DNA from: Crocosphaera subtropica ATCC 51142
Lineage (GTDB): Bacteria > Cyanobacteriota > Cyanobacteriia > Cyanobacteriales > Microcystaceae
Length of the DNA: 32,000 bases
Assembly: GCF_000017845.1 (NCBI RefSeq)
Contig: NC_010546.1
Location: 90,001-122,000, forward strand
Direction of reading: 5' to 3'
Shown here: one piece after another, positions 7,641 to 15,900 of the stretch
Layout: each line of letters begins with the position of its first letter
Position numbering within the stretch: the stretch's first letter is position 1
Program-made: the position numbers and the translations under genes
The notes under the pieces: model-generated
Database searches by the model: none
The model's input: the letters and a program-made list of their open reading frames with translations, nothing else
Told to the model about the DNA's origin: nothing

Positions 7641-9500
7641 ATGTTCTCTACTCCGTCGCAATGGTTTTCTTTTAAACTGGCTTTATGCTGTAGTAGTGGC
7701 TTAATTATGGCTATTTATAGCCTAATTTTGGTCAATTTAATTCATCAAGATAATTCAACAAATAATAGTAAAGTAACATCAACTCACCTTGAACAAGAGA
7801 GAAACTGTCAATTTTCTGCTTCTGAGTCCCATAGTAATTTGCCAAAATTAGGATTAACTATTAATTCTTCTGCTTTAGTAAGTCAAACTGTTTTTTCTGA
7901 TATTGATTTAAACTTACAAGACTGTTTAAATGGGATTATTTCTGTGGGAAAGTCTCATCATAAACAACAATTAATTATCTCCCCAACCACATTTCCTGTA
8001 TTATGGAACGCAGCTAAGAATGCTAATCAAGCTATTTCTAAACCCTTTCCCTATATTCATGAAAGTGCTAGAGCAGCCAAGGTTCCGATTTTCATGTATC
8101 ATGATATTCTACCCAAAAAAGAAGTCTTTTTTGATGTTACACCCGAAGAATTAGAAAACCATTTTAAGTACATTCAAGAAAAGGGGTTGACTCCCATTAG
8201 TCTTGATTTATTACTCGACCATTTACAAAAAGGAATTCCCCTACCAGATAAACCCATTTTACTCAGTTTTGACGATGGTTATGGAGGCCATTATGACCAT
8301 GTTTATCCCTTATTGAAAAAGTATAATTATCCTGCTGTTTTCTCGGTGTATGTGAAGAAAATGGATGGAACAACAGCCCGTTCTAGTTTAACCTGGGAAC
8401 AATTACAACAACTAGCCGATGACCCCTTAATCACCATTGCTTCTCATACCATTAGTCATCCAAGAGATTTAAGAGAATTATCCGATGATGAATTATTTCA
8501 AGAAGTAATGATGTCCAAAGAAATTCTAGAAGAAAAATTAGGGATTCCCATTAAATATTTTACCTATCCCGAAGGAAAACATGATGCTAGGGTCAAACAG
8601 TGGGCGATGGCTGCTGGTTATAAAATGGCGTTATCGATGTCTAATGAAGAAGAAATATTCGCAGGAGAATCTCCCGATTTATTAAGTATTGGTCGTTTTG
8701 GTCAATCACAATTACAAGTGGTTTCTGGTGATGCTTGGGGCGGTTATCCGGGAGAACATTTAGATGGTGGATTTAATTTTACGGCTACGATTACGAAACG
8801 AGAACATCAGATTGATGGGATAGAATTGGTTATTATTAACGGCGGTAAACCCAGTACCATTCATGCTGATAGTCGGTATCAAGTATCAGAAATTATGGCT
8901 AAAAGTGAGGCAGTTGCTGCAGTTGATGGGGGGTTTTTCTCTTTAAAATATCTAGACTCCAACGTAATGATAGGACCGGTGATGAGTCAAGGGGAAGAAT
9001 TTACGCCAGGAAATCAGAGTGAAAATCCCAGATTGAATGGTCGGCCGTTAGTTTTAATTAGCGATCAATGGGTTAAGTTTGTCCCCTTTGATGCAGACAT
9101 TCATAACACTTGGGCAGGGGTTGCTAATGAATCTGATGAGGGTGAATTTATCACAGATACCTTTGTGGCAGCAGCTTGGTTAGTGAAAGATTCTTTGGCA
9201 CAACCCTATGAAAGTTTTGGTAATTTATTTGATTTTCATGTTCCTCGACACCGTGCTTTTTGGGGGATTCATCGGTCAGGACAACCCATGATAGGGGTTT
9301 CTAAAAATCCAGTTGATTCTATACAATTGGGACACATTTTACAGCAATTAGGGTTTAGGGATGCGGTTATGTTAGATTCAGGGGCGAGTACATCTTTAGC
9401 TTACAAAGGGGAATCTTTGGTGGGTTATATTCCCCGTCCCGTTCCCCATGTGGTGGTATTATTACCCTCTGTATCTTCTTTGTTGGAAACTACAGAGTAA
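7641..9500 (+). CDS. Membrane-anchored polysaccharide deacetylase (NodB domain) fused to a phosphodiester glycosidase-like (DUF2233/NAGPA) C-terminal domain
   Basis: There is an N-terminal TM helix. NodB motifs are LLSFDDGYGGHYDHVYPLLKKYNYPAVFSV and ASHTISHP. The C-terminal PRHRAFWGI...VMLDSGASTSL resembles phosphodiester glycosidase family proteins. Confidence 0.75.
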   Translation: MFSTPSQWFSFKLALCCSSGLIMAIYSLILVNLIHQDNSTNNSKVTSTHLEQERNCQFSASESHSNLPKLGLTINSSALVSQTVFSDIDLNLQDCLNGIISVGKSHHKQQLIISPTTFPVLWNAAKNANQAISKPFPYIHESARAAKVPIFMYHDILPKKEVFFDVTPEELENHFKYIQEKGLTPISLDLLLDHLQKGIPLPDKPILLSFDDGYGGHYDHVYPLLKKYNYPAVFSVYVKKMDGTTARSSLTWEQLQQLADDPLITIASHTISHPRDLRELSDDELFQEVMMSKEILEEKLGIPIKYFTYPEGKHDARVKQWAMAAGYKMALSMSNEEEIFAGESPDLLSIGRFGQSQLQVVSGDAWGGYPGEHLDGGFNFTATITKREHQIDGIELVIINGGKPSTIHADSRYQVSEIMAKSEAVAAVDGGFFSLKYLDSNVMIGPVMSQGEEFTPGNQSENPRLNGRPLVLISDQWVKFVPFDADIHNTWAGVANESDEGEFITDTFVAAAWLVKDSLAQPYESFGNLFDFHVPRHRAFWGIHRSGQPMIGVSKNPVDSIQLGHILQQLGFRDAVMLDSGASTSLAYKGESLVGYIPRPVPHVVVLLPSVSSLLETTE

Positions 9501-9580
9501 TTGTCTTGGGTTCTCCTTAAATTTTAAGGTAATTTTTAAAAAATTCTAAGAATATCTATCAGCAATTAAAATGCAAATAA

Positions 9581-9734
9581 ACAAATTTAGTGATCAAAGA
9601 AGATATAAAACCCCAGATTCGAGAACGTATTTTAGAGGAGACGGTTTATGTCTCGTGATCTTAAACTTTATCTTACTGATATTTTAAATAGTATTGAAAA
9701 TTATAGGAAAGAATTGAATAACGTAACTTTTTGA
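9581..9734 (+). pseudogene. Relic of an MNT/HepT (nucleotidyltransferase/DUF86) toxin-antitoxin pair
   Basis: The frame ending at 9656..9658 reads ...IKEDIKPQIRERILEETVYVS*, an MNT-like C-terminus. It overlaps an ATG at 9648 encoding MSRDLKLYLTDILNSIENYRKELNNVTF*, a DUF86/HepT-like N-terminus. Both are only short fragments. Confidence 0.5.
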
Positions 9735-9754
9735 ACAAAATCGTTGAGCGCAGT

Positions 9755-9784
9755 CCCCATCTAAAATCTTTGATTTAGATGGGG
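9755..9784. repeat. Left-end subterminal hairpin of the IS200/IS605 element
   Basis: In CCCCATCTAAAATCTTTGATTTAGATGGGG, CCCCATCTAAA pairs with TTTAGATGGGG. Confidence 0.7.
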
Positions 9785-9990
9785 TTAGCGAAACCAGTAA
9801 ATAAAAGCGAAGCATCCTGATTCTGGTTGTTCTTGGTTTTGTACATATTCAATAAGTCGTTCTAAGGGAGCTTGTGCGCCAACACTAATAATGGCATAAC
9901 TACTTGACCAAAATTGAGGATTAGAACCCCAATAAAATTGAGATAAATGTTTAGAGTATTCAGAACGTAAACGGCGAGAAGTAACAGTTT
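9785..9990 (-). pseudogene. tnpA: 5'-truncated IS200/IS605 TnpA (Y1 transposase) fragment
   Basis: Minus-strand translation gives TVTSRRLRSEYSKHLSQFYWGSNPQFWSSSYAIISVGAQAPLERLIEYVQNQEQPE...*. The C-terminal half with the catalytic-Tyr helix is present. There is no Met, no HUH motif, and an in-frame stop at 10009..10007. Confidence 0.65.
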
Positions 9991-10018
9991 TTATATTATT
10001 AACTAATTACATAACTAA

Positions 10019-10047
10019 TTGATATTTTTCAGTATATATGGTAGAAT
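10019..10047 (+). promoter_or_regulatory. Sigma70-like promoter upstream of tnpB
   Basis: TTGATA (10019..10024), a 17-nt spacer, then TAGAAT (10042..10047), about 30 nt upstream of the first ATG of the tnpB ORF. Confidence 0.4.
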
Positions 10048-10078
10048 AATATCAAGTTGATAAAGTTTTAGTCGTGTT

Positions 10079-11539
10079 ATGGGCAAGTCTAAAGCTAAAC
10101 CCAAAACTAAAAAGAAAAAAGACGAGCGACCCCGCGCGATTGAATCGCGCAAGGGAACGCTCGAGTACGACTCTATGATTCGCACAGATGTCTGGAATCT
10201 CAATGTGACATCATCCCAAAAAAAGCTATTATTATTGACAGTTGCAGAATATAGAAAATTCTTAAAACCTTTAGTTTTTATTGTTAATGCAGAATGGAGA
10301 ACAATTGGTAATCTCACCGATAAAGAGAAAGTCAATTATCTAGAGAAATCCATTCATGTAACTAACAAAAATCCCAAGGCTAAATATTTATATTATCAAA
10401 AAGTTATCAATAAATATCCATCGTTTCGGAAGTTTCCGAGTTATTTAAGAAGAGCAGCAATAGCTGATGCTATTGGCATTGTTTCAAGTTTTCAGACTCG
10501 TTATAGAGAATGGCAATCAGGGATAAGAAAATATAGAAAAGTTAGACCTCCTCGCTTAACAGCTATGTGTCAATCTTATCCTGCTTTATATAAAGGTCAA
10601 CAAGTTAAATATAATAATGATTATCAAAATGTTGACCTCAAAGTTTGGAATGGTTCGGATTGGGTATGGTTAGAAAAAGTCCCAGTTAAAGGTCATGGAC
10701 TTAACCGACATAAAGTGATAGGAAATCAAATGAAATCACCAGCCTTGGTGGTTAATGCTAAGACTTGTCAGCTTTCAATGCCAGTTAAAGTTAAACCGAT
10801 AAAAAAGGAGGATTCAGACTATGTTTGTTCTGTAGATTTAGGCATTAACAATGCAGCAACTTGTTCAATTGTTGGACGAGACGGTACTGTAAAAGCTCGG
10901 AAATTTATCAATCCAGCTAGAGACATAGACCGTAGAAATAAGCGAAAAATGATGATTGCTAAAAAGTCAAAGCAGACTCACCAAAAGACAGGAAAAAAGT
11001 TTGTTAAAGGCTTTTGTCAAGGTATTTATCGAAAATCAAGCAATATTAATTTAGAGATTTCTCGTAAAGTAGCTAGACAAATTATTGAGTTTGCTAAACT
11101 TCATAATGTTAAAGTAATCGTTATGGAAAACTTAGCAGGATGGAAAGCTAAGGGAGGAAAAAAAGGCACTTTAATGAGACAAAAGTTTCATTTATGGTGT
11201 CATCAAAAAATTGTAGAGATTTTAAATAACCGATGGGCAGAATTAGGGGGAGATGTGCAAACAATTAACCCTAAATATACCAGTGCTTATGCCTTTGATG
11301 GTAGTGGAAAAGTTAAACGAAATAAAAAGAATTATTCTTTATGTACTTTTTCTTCTGGTAAACAATATAATGCTGATCTTTGCGCCTCATATAACATCGG
11401 AGCAAGATATTGGTATTCTGTCTTAATTGGTGATAAGTATTTCTCTAGGGTATTTGTTAGCGAAAGTCCTACAAATACATTGCGAACACCAATAACTCTA
11501 GGGACACTCAGGGGTCTAAAATCTTCTGGGTGCAAGTGA
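10079..11539 (+). CDS. tnpB: TnpB-family RNA-guided nuclease-like protein (IS605 OrfB); the core probably starts at Met33 (10175)
   Basis: RuvC-I is CSVDLGINNAAT, RuvC-II is KVIVMENL and RuvC-III is YNADLCASYNIGAR. The start MIRTDVWNLNVTSSQKKLLL is typical of TnpB. The 32-aa Lys-rich leader contains GC-hairpin copy B. Confidence 0.8.
   Translation: MGKSKAKPKTKKKKDERPRAIESRKGTLEYDSMIRTDVWNLNVTSSQKKLLLLTVAEYRKFLKPLVFIVNAEWRTIGNLTDKEKVNYLEKSIHVTNKNPKAKYLYYQKVINKYPSFRKFPSYLRRAAIADAIGIVSSFQTRYREWQSGIRKYRKVRPPRLTAMCQSYPALYKGQQVKYNNDYQNVDLKVWNGSDWVWLEKVPVKGHGLNRHKVIGNQMKSPALVVNAKTCQLSMPVKVKPIKKEDSDYVCSVDLGINNAATCSIVGRDGTVKARKFINPARDIDRRNKRKMMIAKKSKQTHQKTGKKFVKGFCQGIYRKSSNINLEISRKVARQIIEFAKLHNVKVIVMENLAGWKAKGGKKGTLMRQKFHLWCHQKIVEILNNRWAELGGDVQTINPKYTSAYAFDGSGKVKRNKKNYSLCTFSSGKQYNADLCASYNIGARYWYSVLIGDKYFSRVFVSESPTNTLRTPITLGTLRGLKSSGCK
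10126..10160. repeat. 35-nt GC-rich hairpin module, copy B (in the tnpB leader)
   Basis: The sequence is GCGACCCCGCGC-GATTGAATC-GCGCAAGGGAACGC. The flanks GA...TC extend the outer stem (GAGCG/CGCTC). Confidence 0.6.
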
Positions 11540-11541
11540 AT

Positions 11542-11571
11542 CCCCATCTATAATCTCTGATTTAGATGGGG
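11542..11571. repeat. Right-end subterminal hairpin of the IS200/IS605 element
   Basis: CCCCATCTATAATCTCTGATTTAGATGGGG differs from the left copy at 2 of 30 positions. Confidence 0.7.
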
Positions 11572-11600
11572 TGTGTTCAATAAAATTAAATCTCAAAACA

Positions 11601-12233
11601 ATGTTACCGACTATAACTCCAGACACAATCGATCTTCCAGCAGGAACAATTTTAAAGTTTCCTGGGACTTTAGCCGATTATGAACACCTTTTAAAGCAAG
11701 TAGGCGATCGCTCAATTCCCCGCATTCGTTTTCGAGATAACCATATTCTACTGATGAGTCCTTTCCCTGAACACGCTAATGAAATAGATGTCATATCAAA
11801 TTTAATTAAAGCAATGTTGGGCTATCAAGGGGAAGATTGGCAAAGCTTTCACCCGGTAACGTTAAAGTATGGCAAAATACCAGGATTAGAACCCGATGCT
11901 TGTTTTTATATCGAGAACTATCAAGCCATACTGGGAAAACGTAAGCTAGATATGAGTATCGATCCGCCACCAGATTTAGCGATAGAAATTTATGTTGCTT
12001 CTTTGACTAACATTGAAAATTACATTTCTTTGGCAATTCCTGAAGTCTGGATTTACAAAACGAATGAATTACATATCTATCATTTTACTGAGAACCACTA
12101 TATAGAAACTAATAATAGTTTTATTTTTCCTGATTTTCCTGTCAAAGAGATTATTTCTTACTATGTTGATCGCGCTTGGCAAGTTGGTTCATCGGTTGCT
12201 TTGAGAGATTTTAATCAAACTTTATCTCATTGA
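11601..12233 (+). CDS. Uma2-family (DUF820) PD-(D/E)XK putative endonuclease
   Basis: ILLMSPFPEHANEIDVISNLI, EPDACFYI and PPDLAIEIYVAS...IPEVWIY fit the Uma2 pattern. The track start at 11571 (GTG) sits in the IS hairpin, so the ATG at 11601 is preferred. Confidence 0.75.
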   Translation: MLPTITPDTIDLPAGTILKFPGTLADYEHLLKQVGDRSIPRIRFRDNHILLMSPFPEHANEIDVISNLIKAMLGYQGEDWQSFHPVTLKYGKIPGLEPDACFYIENYQAILGKRKLDMSIDPPPDLAIEIYVASLTNIENYISLAIPEVWIYKTNELHIYHFTENHYIETNNSFIFPDFPVKEIISYYVDRAWQVGSSVALRDFNQTLSH

Positions 12234-12244
12234 TGAACTGATAT

Positions 12245-12360
12245 ATAGCGTTTCCCGAACTCATAAGGTACACCTAAAATTCAACTGCTGACTCCTGACT
12301 CCTGACTCCTGACTCCCAAAACTAGAAAACTTTGTACCTCACAAGTATGGGAATTGCTAT
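12245..12360. repeat. MITE-like element: imperfect inverted repeats flanking a (CTGACTC)x4 heptamer array
   Basis: ATAGCGTTTCCCGAACTCATAAGGTACA (12245..) matches the reverse complement of 12333..12360, ATAGCAATTCCCATACTTGTGAGGTACA. Four exact CTGACTC units lie at 12288..12315. Confidence 0.6.
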
Positions 12361-12365
12361 AGTAT

Positions 12366-13163
12366 TTAAACGGTTTTTTGAACCCCTGGAAAATGTCGAT
12401 GTTTGGCGTAGAATCCTAATAAGATAACTAGGATAATAATAACAGTTCCGATGCCTAAATAACTAGGAACCCAAAAAGAGGTTTCAATGTGATTAATTTG
12501 ACCGGGTTCTAGTTGCCAACTGGTTTGGGTATAGTTAGGATTAGATTCGCTATTTAAGTTACTCGTTTTATCCAAATTTCTTACTCGTAAAGGGGCGTTT
12601 AAAACAAATTCTAAATCCACTAGAGATCCTGGACTAACAATAATATTGCCTTGGTTAGAGAGTACCCCTAAAGCCCTCAAATCAACGTCAATATTCAGCT
12701 TATTTCGCTCAAAAAATATCCAGTTACTTTGTTTGATGGACATCTCCGCTTTCAGTTGCACTAATTCAGGATTTTCTACTTTTAAACCGGAGGCAAGTTT
12801 AGAATAATTAGGGTTAAAGAAGTGGTTAAATTTATCGGTTAATTCTTGACCATTACTAAAAGGAATTCTCACAATAATTTCTTCATCAGAAACTTTTTTG
12901 GCTTTTCCTTGTAATGCTTTGGCGCGACTTTCTAAACTATTTAACCATTGATTGGCTTCGGTTTTACTGAGGCTAGTTAACTGTTGGGCTAAGCGAATAT
13001 GTTGTACAATTTCTCCCTGATGTTGCTCATAAAAATTTACCCCAACATCGTACCGAACACATCCCGTTAATAAAACTAATATACTGACAATTAGAGGTAG
13101 AAATAACTGTTTTAATATCCCTCTTTTATTTTTGTTTTTAGTCACTTTAGTTTGATAATTCAC
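12366..13163 (-). CDS. Conserved cyanobacterial lipoprotein-like protein with a C-terminal TM anchor (possibly DUF3153)
   Basis: There is an N-terminal signal with lipobox LLTGC and a C-terminal hydrophobic helix GIGTVIIILVILLGFY. The DUF number is recalled from memory and is uncertain. Confidence 0.55.
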   Translation of the reverse strand: MNYQTKVTKNKNKRGILKQLFLPLIVSILVLLTGCVRYDVGVNFYEQHQGEIVQHIRLAQQLTSLSKTEANQWLNSLESRAKALQGKAKKVSDEEIIVRIPFSNGQELTDKFNHFFNPNYSKLASGLKVENPELVQLKAEMSIKQSNWIFFERNKLNIDVDLRALGVLSNQGNIIVSPGSLVDLEFVLNAPLRVRNLDKTSNLNSESNPNYTQTSWQLEPGQINHIETSFWVPSYLGIGTVIIILVILLGFYAKHRHFPGVQKTV

Positions 13164-13261
13164 GGTTAGTTTTCCCTTGAAAAATTAACAATTAACGGTA
13201 GCAGTTCTCATTTTTTACGGGTTTAGCATGACTAAACCCCGAAGTTATTTTGTCTAATTAC

Positions 13262-15514
13262 TTAATCATCGTTCCAGTCACCATTATTGCTTGAACTTCC
13301 TCCACTGACGGTGACTAAATCGATTTGTTGCCGATAATAATCGACACTTTTAACCTCAACTTCCACTTCATCTCCTAAACGATAAGCAATATGATTTTTA
13401 CGTCCCACTAAACAACCATGACGGGAACGGTATTCATACCAGTCGTCTTTCAGAGAACTCACATGAACTAATCCTTCTACTAATAAATCTTCGATTTCCA
13501 CAAAGAAACCATAGGATTGAACCCCTGTAATTAACCCCTTAAAAACTTTACCGGTTCGTTCCTTCATTTTTTCTGCTTTTTGCAGTCCTTCTAGGTCTTT
13601 TTCAGCTTCTTCGGCGGTTTTTTCTCGGTCATTGAGATAGGTAACTAAGACATGAAATGTCTCTTCTAACTCTTCTTGCATAGCCGGGGGTAAAACATTC
13701 CAGTTAATGTTACCATGACAGCTACTACTGAAGAGATTAACGCCAGTTTTGGTTTGTCGGGTACGGCGATCGCGTCCATCACTAAAGACTAATTTTAAGA
13801 CCCGTTGAATTAATAAATCAACATAGCGTTTACCAGGGGAGACACAATGGGTGTAACAATCATCATAAGCTAAGCCAAAATGAGATCCGGGGTGACTATT
13901 ATACTTGGATGATTTTAGGGTTTCATGGAGTAAATAACTGAGAACATGAACATGGGAAGATTTCCCTAACATTTGGGTTAAATTATAATAATCTTGGGGA
14001 GTAATTTCTTCTTCCGATTCGAGGGATGCCTCTAACCCTAAATTTTGGGCTAATTTCAATAGGTCTTCTAACTCTTCCCAGTCTGGTTCGGGTTGGGTAC
14101 AATAGATTCCTGGTATGCCTAAAGCCTGAATATGGTTAGCAACTGCTTTATTTGCTAAGACTACCAACTCGGTCAACAGGGAACGAATAGGGGTTCGAGA
14201 AGAGGCAATTAAAGTTCCTACCCTACCCTCATCTTGATAGGGCGATCGTGGTTCTAATTGTAGTTCAAATCCTCCTCGTTGTAACCGTTGGGCTTTAACT
14301 AGGGGACTAAGGGTAAAAAAGAGATGTTTGAGTTTTTCAGCTAGGGGTTGTTGGTGGTCAGGAACTTGCTCTAAATCAGCTAAGATAGACTGAACTTCCG
14401 GATAGGTGAGTTGATGATCCACCCGAATCACTGTGGGTTCAATGCTATATTCTATGAGTTGACCATTTTTATCGAAGGTCATAATCACCGAGATGGTTAA
14501 AAAATCTTGATTGGGTTTTAAAGAATAACGTTCGGTGACGGCTTCGGGTAGCATGGGTAAAACTTTTTCCCCTAGATAAACCGTTGTTCCTCGTTTTTTG
14601 GCGGTTTTATCCAGTAAAGAGTTTGGTTGAATATAGTGGGCAATATCGCTAATATGGACAGCAAATTGCCAGTCATTGTCTTCGGTTTTTTCTAGGGTAA
14701 AGGCCGTTTCGATAAAGGGGAGACAGTCTCGTTTGACATCTTCGGTGAAGGTAAAAGTGAGAACCTCACGCCAGTCGGCCCGTTTTTCTAGGGTTTGGGG
14801 GTCAAAGGTTGTAGGAAGTTCTTTGGCTGCTTGTTCTACTTCGTCACTAAAGGTTTGGGAAAGATCGTGTTTACAGCAGACAATATCGGTATCGGCGGCC
14901 GCTTCTGCATCGCTGCCTAAAATGCGGGTCACTCGTCCAATGGGAGGGTGTTCACCGATGGGATAACGGACCACAGAGACATGAACCAGATGATCCACGG
15001 CTGCCTCTAAGTTACCCCCATTCTGTTCAAGCATTAATTCAAAGAGTAAGCGATCGTCGAGGGGAATGGCTTGATATTTTTCCTCTTCTTTTTTGACCTG
15101 GGCCAATAGAGAGGGGTTAGCCCTTTCTAAAATGAGTCTAACTTCTCCTTCAGGGGAACGGCGACGGGTTCCTTCTTTGATGACTTTGACTAAGACGCGA
15201 TCGCCGTTCCAAGCGTTACTAAGATGGAGTTCTCTCACATAGATGTCTTCTGCATCTTCTTCATCTTGGATAGCGAAGCAAAACCCCTTACTCGAACAGC
15301 GTAACTTAGCTTCTACGAGATCGTCTTCTTTAACTCGACGATATTTACCCCGTTCTTTTTCTAGGATGCCAACTAATTCTAATGCGTCTAGGATGATTTG
15401 TAATTTTTCGACGCTTTCTTCGTCTTCACATCCCAATTTTTTCTCTAGGAGTTTGGCCGCCACCAATTTGTTATCACTGAAGTGGGATAATAATGTAGCG
15501 ATTGAAAATTCCAT
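13262..15514 (-). CDS. RNase II/R-family 3'-5' exoribonuclease with a C-terminal S1 domain
   Basis: 750 aa. It has a central RNB region and the C-terminal S1 motif GLITGVQSYGFFVEIEDLLVEGLVHVSSL. Confidence 0.85.
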   Translation of the reverse strand: MEFSIATLLSHFSDNKLVAAKLLEKKLGCEDEESVEKLQIILDALELVGILEKERGKYRRVKEDDLVEAKLRCSSKGFCFAIQDEEDAEDIYVRELHLSNAWNGDRVLVKVIKEGTRRRSPEGEVRLILERANPSLLAQVKKEEEKYQAIPLDDRLLFELMLEQNGGNLEAAVDHLVHVSVVRYPIGEHPPIGRVTRILGSDAEAAADTDIVCCKHDLSQTFSDEVEQAAKELPTTFDPQTLEKRADWREVLTFTFTEDVKRDCLPFIETAFTLEKTEDNDWQFAVHISDIAHYIQPNSLLDKTAKKRGTTVYLGEKVLPMLPEAVTERYSLKPNQDFLTISVIMTFDKNGQLIEYSIEPTVIRVDHQLTYPEVQSILADLEQVPDHQQPLAEKLKHLFFTLSPLVKAQRLQRGGFELQLEPRSPYQDEGRVGTLIASSRTPIRSLLTELVVLANKAVANHIQALGIPGIYCTQPEPDWEELEDLLKLAQNLGLEASLESEEEITPQDYYNLTQMLGKSSHVHVLSYLLHETLKSSKYNSHPGSHFGLAYDDCYTHCVSPGKRYVDLLIQRVLKLVFSDGRDRRTRQTKTGVNLFSSSCHGNINWNVLPPAMQEELEETFHVLVTYLNDREKTAEEAEKDLEGLQKAEKMKERTGKVFKGLITGVQSYGFFVEIEDLLVEGLVHVSSLKDDWYEYRSRHGCLVGRKNHIAYRLGDEVEVEVKSVDYYRQQIDLVTVSGGSSSNNGDWNDD

Positions 15515-15872
15515 CTAAAAATAGTCCTTGCTAAATGTGAGTGAGTCTGATTGATCTGAAGATAGGAAGATAAACACTGGATCAGTTGATGAGTAATGCT
15601 TTGGTTTAAACTTCACACCCCAGTTTTCTTACAGGTTAACTATCTAAGGTTAAACTGATAGACCCCTAATGGAGTTTCCCCTAGGAACCTTGAATGTCAT
15701 GCTGTAGAAGTACGCTTGAAGGGCAAAGAGAGAGTTGTATCTTTGGAAAGGACGACTGACTCTCGTTGAAGACTCGCTTTGCACCAGAATAGACCAATCT
15801 ACTGAAGCGTTAACTTCTCTTGATAAACTCATCTGATTTATCATTTTACCAAGATAGGGGACATTTTGAATT

Positions 15873-15900
15873 GTGTTCGGTGTTCGGAGTTAGGAGTTCA
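15873..15900. repeat. Degenerate heptamer tandem repeat (STRR-like)
   Basis: The units are GTGTTCG GTGTTCG GAGTTAG GAGTTCA. Confidence 0.5.

Larger units (their letters stand above)
9755..11571 (+). mobile_element. IS200/IS605-family element (IS605-like divergent layout) with truncated tnpA and full-length tnpB
   Basis: It is bounded by two 30-nt hairpin repeats (28/30 identical). The tnpA relic lies on the minus strand next to the left hairpin, and tnpB on the plus strand ends 2 nt before the right hairpin. True cleavage sites probably lie a few to about 20 nt outside the hairpins. Confidence 0.7.

Noticed and set aside
10015-10335. 106-aa minus-strand ORF, plus 11332..11547 minus
   Set aside because: Both are antisense shadows of tnpB.
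13219-13239. Hairpin GGGTTTAG-CATGA-CTAAACCC downstream of the RNase II/R stop, considered as a terminator
   Set aside because: On the relevant minus strand it is followed by an A-run, not a T-run. On the plus strand the T-run precedes it. It does not fit an intrinsic terminator for either convergent gene.
14676-15518. Plus-strand ORFs 14676..14966 and 15243..15518
   Set aside because: They are antisense to the RNase II/R gene and have Ser-rich shadow translations.
15650-15844. 64-aa minus-strand ORF in the rnr-hypF intergenic region; also considered as a 6S RNA candidate
   Set aside because: The ORF has no motif and no obvious ribosome-binding site. The pairing pattern is too asymmetric for the rod-like 6S fold (28 nt versus 6 nt, and 2 nt versus 23 nt internal loops). 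I kept it only as an unassigned structured region.
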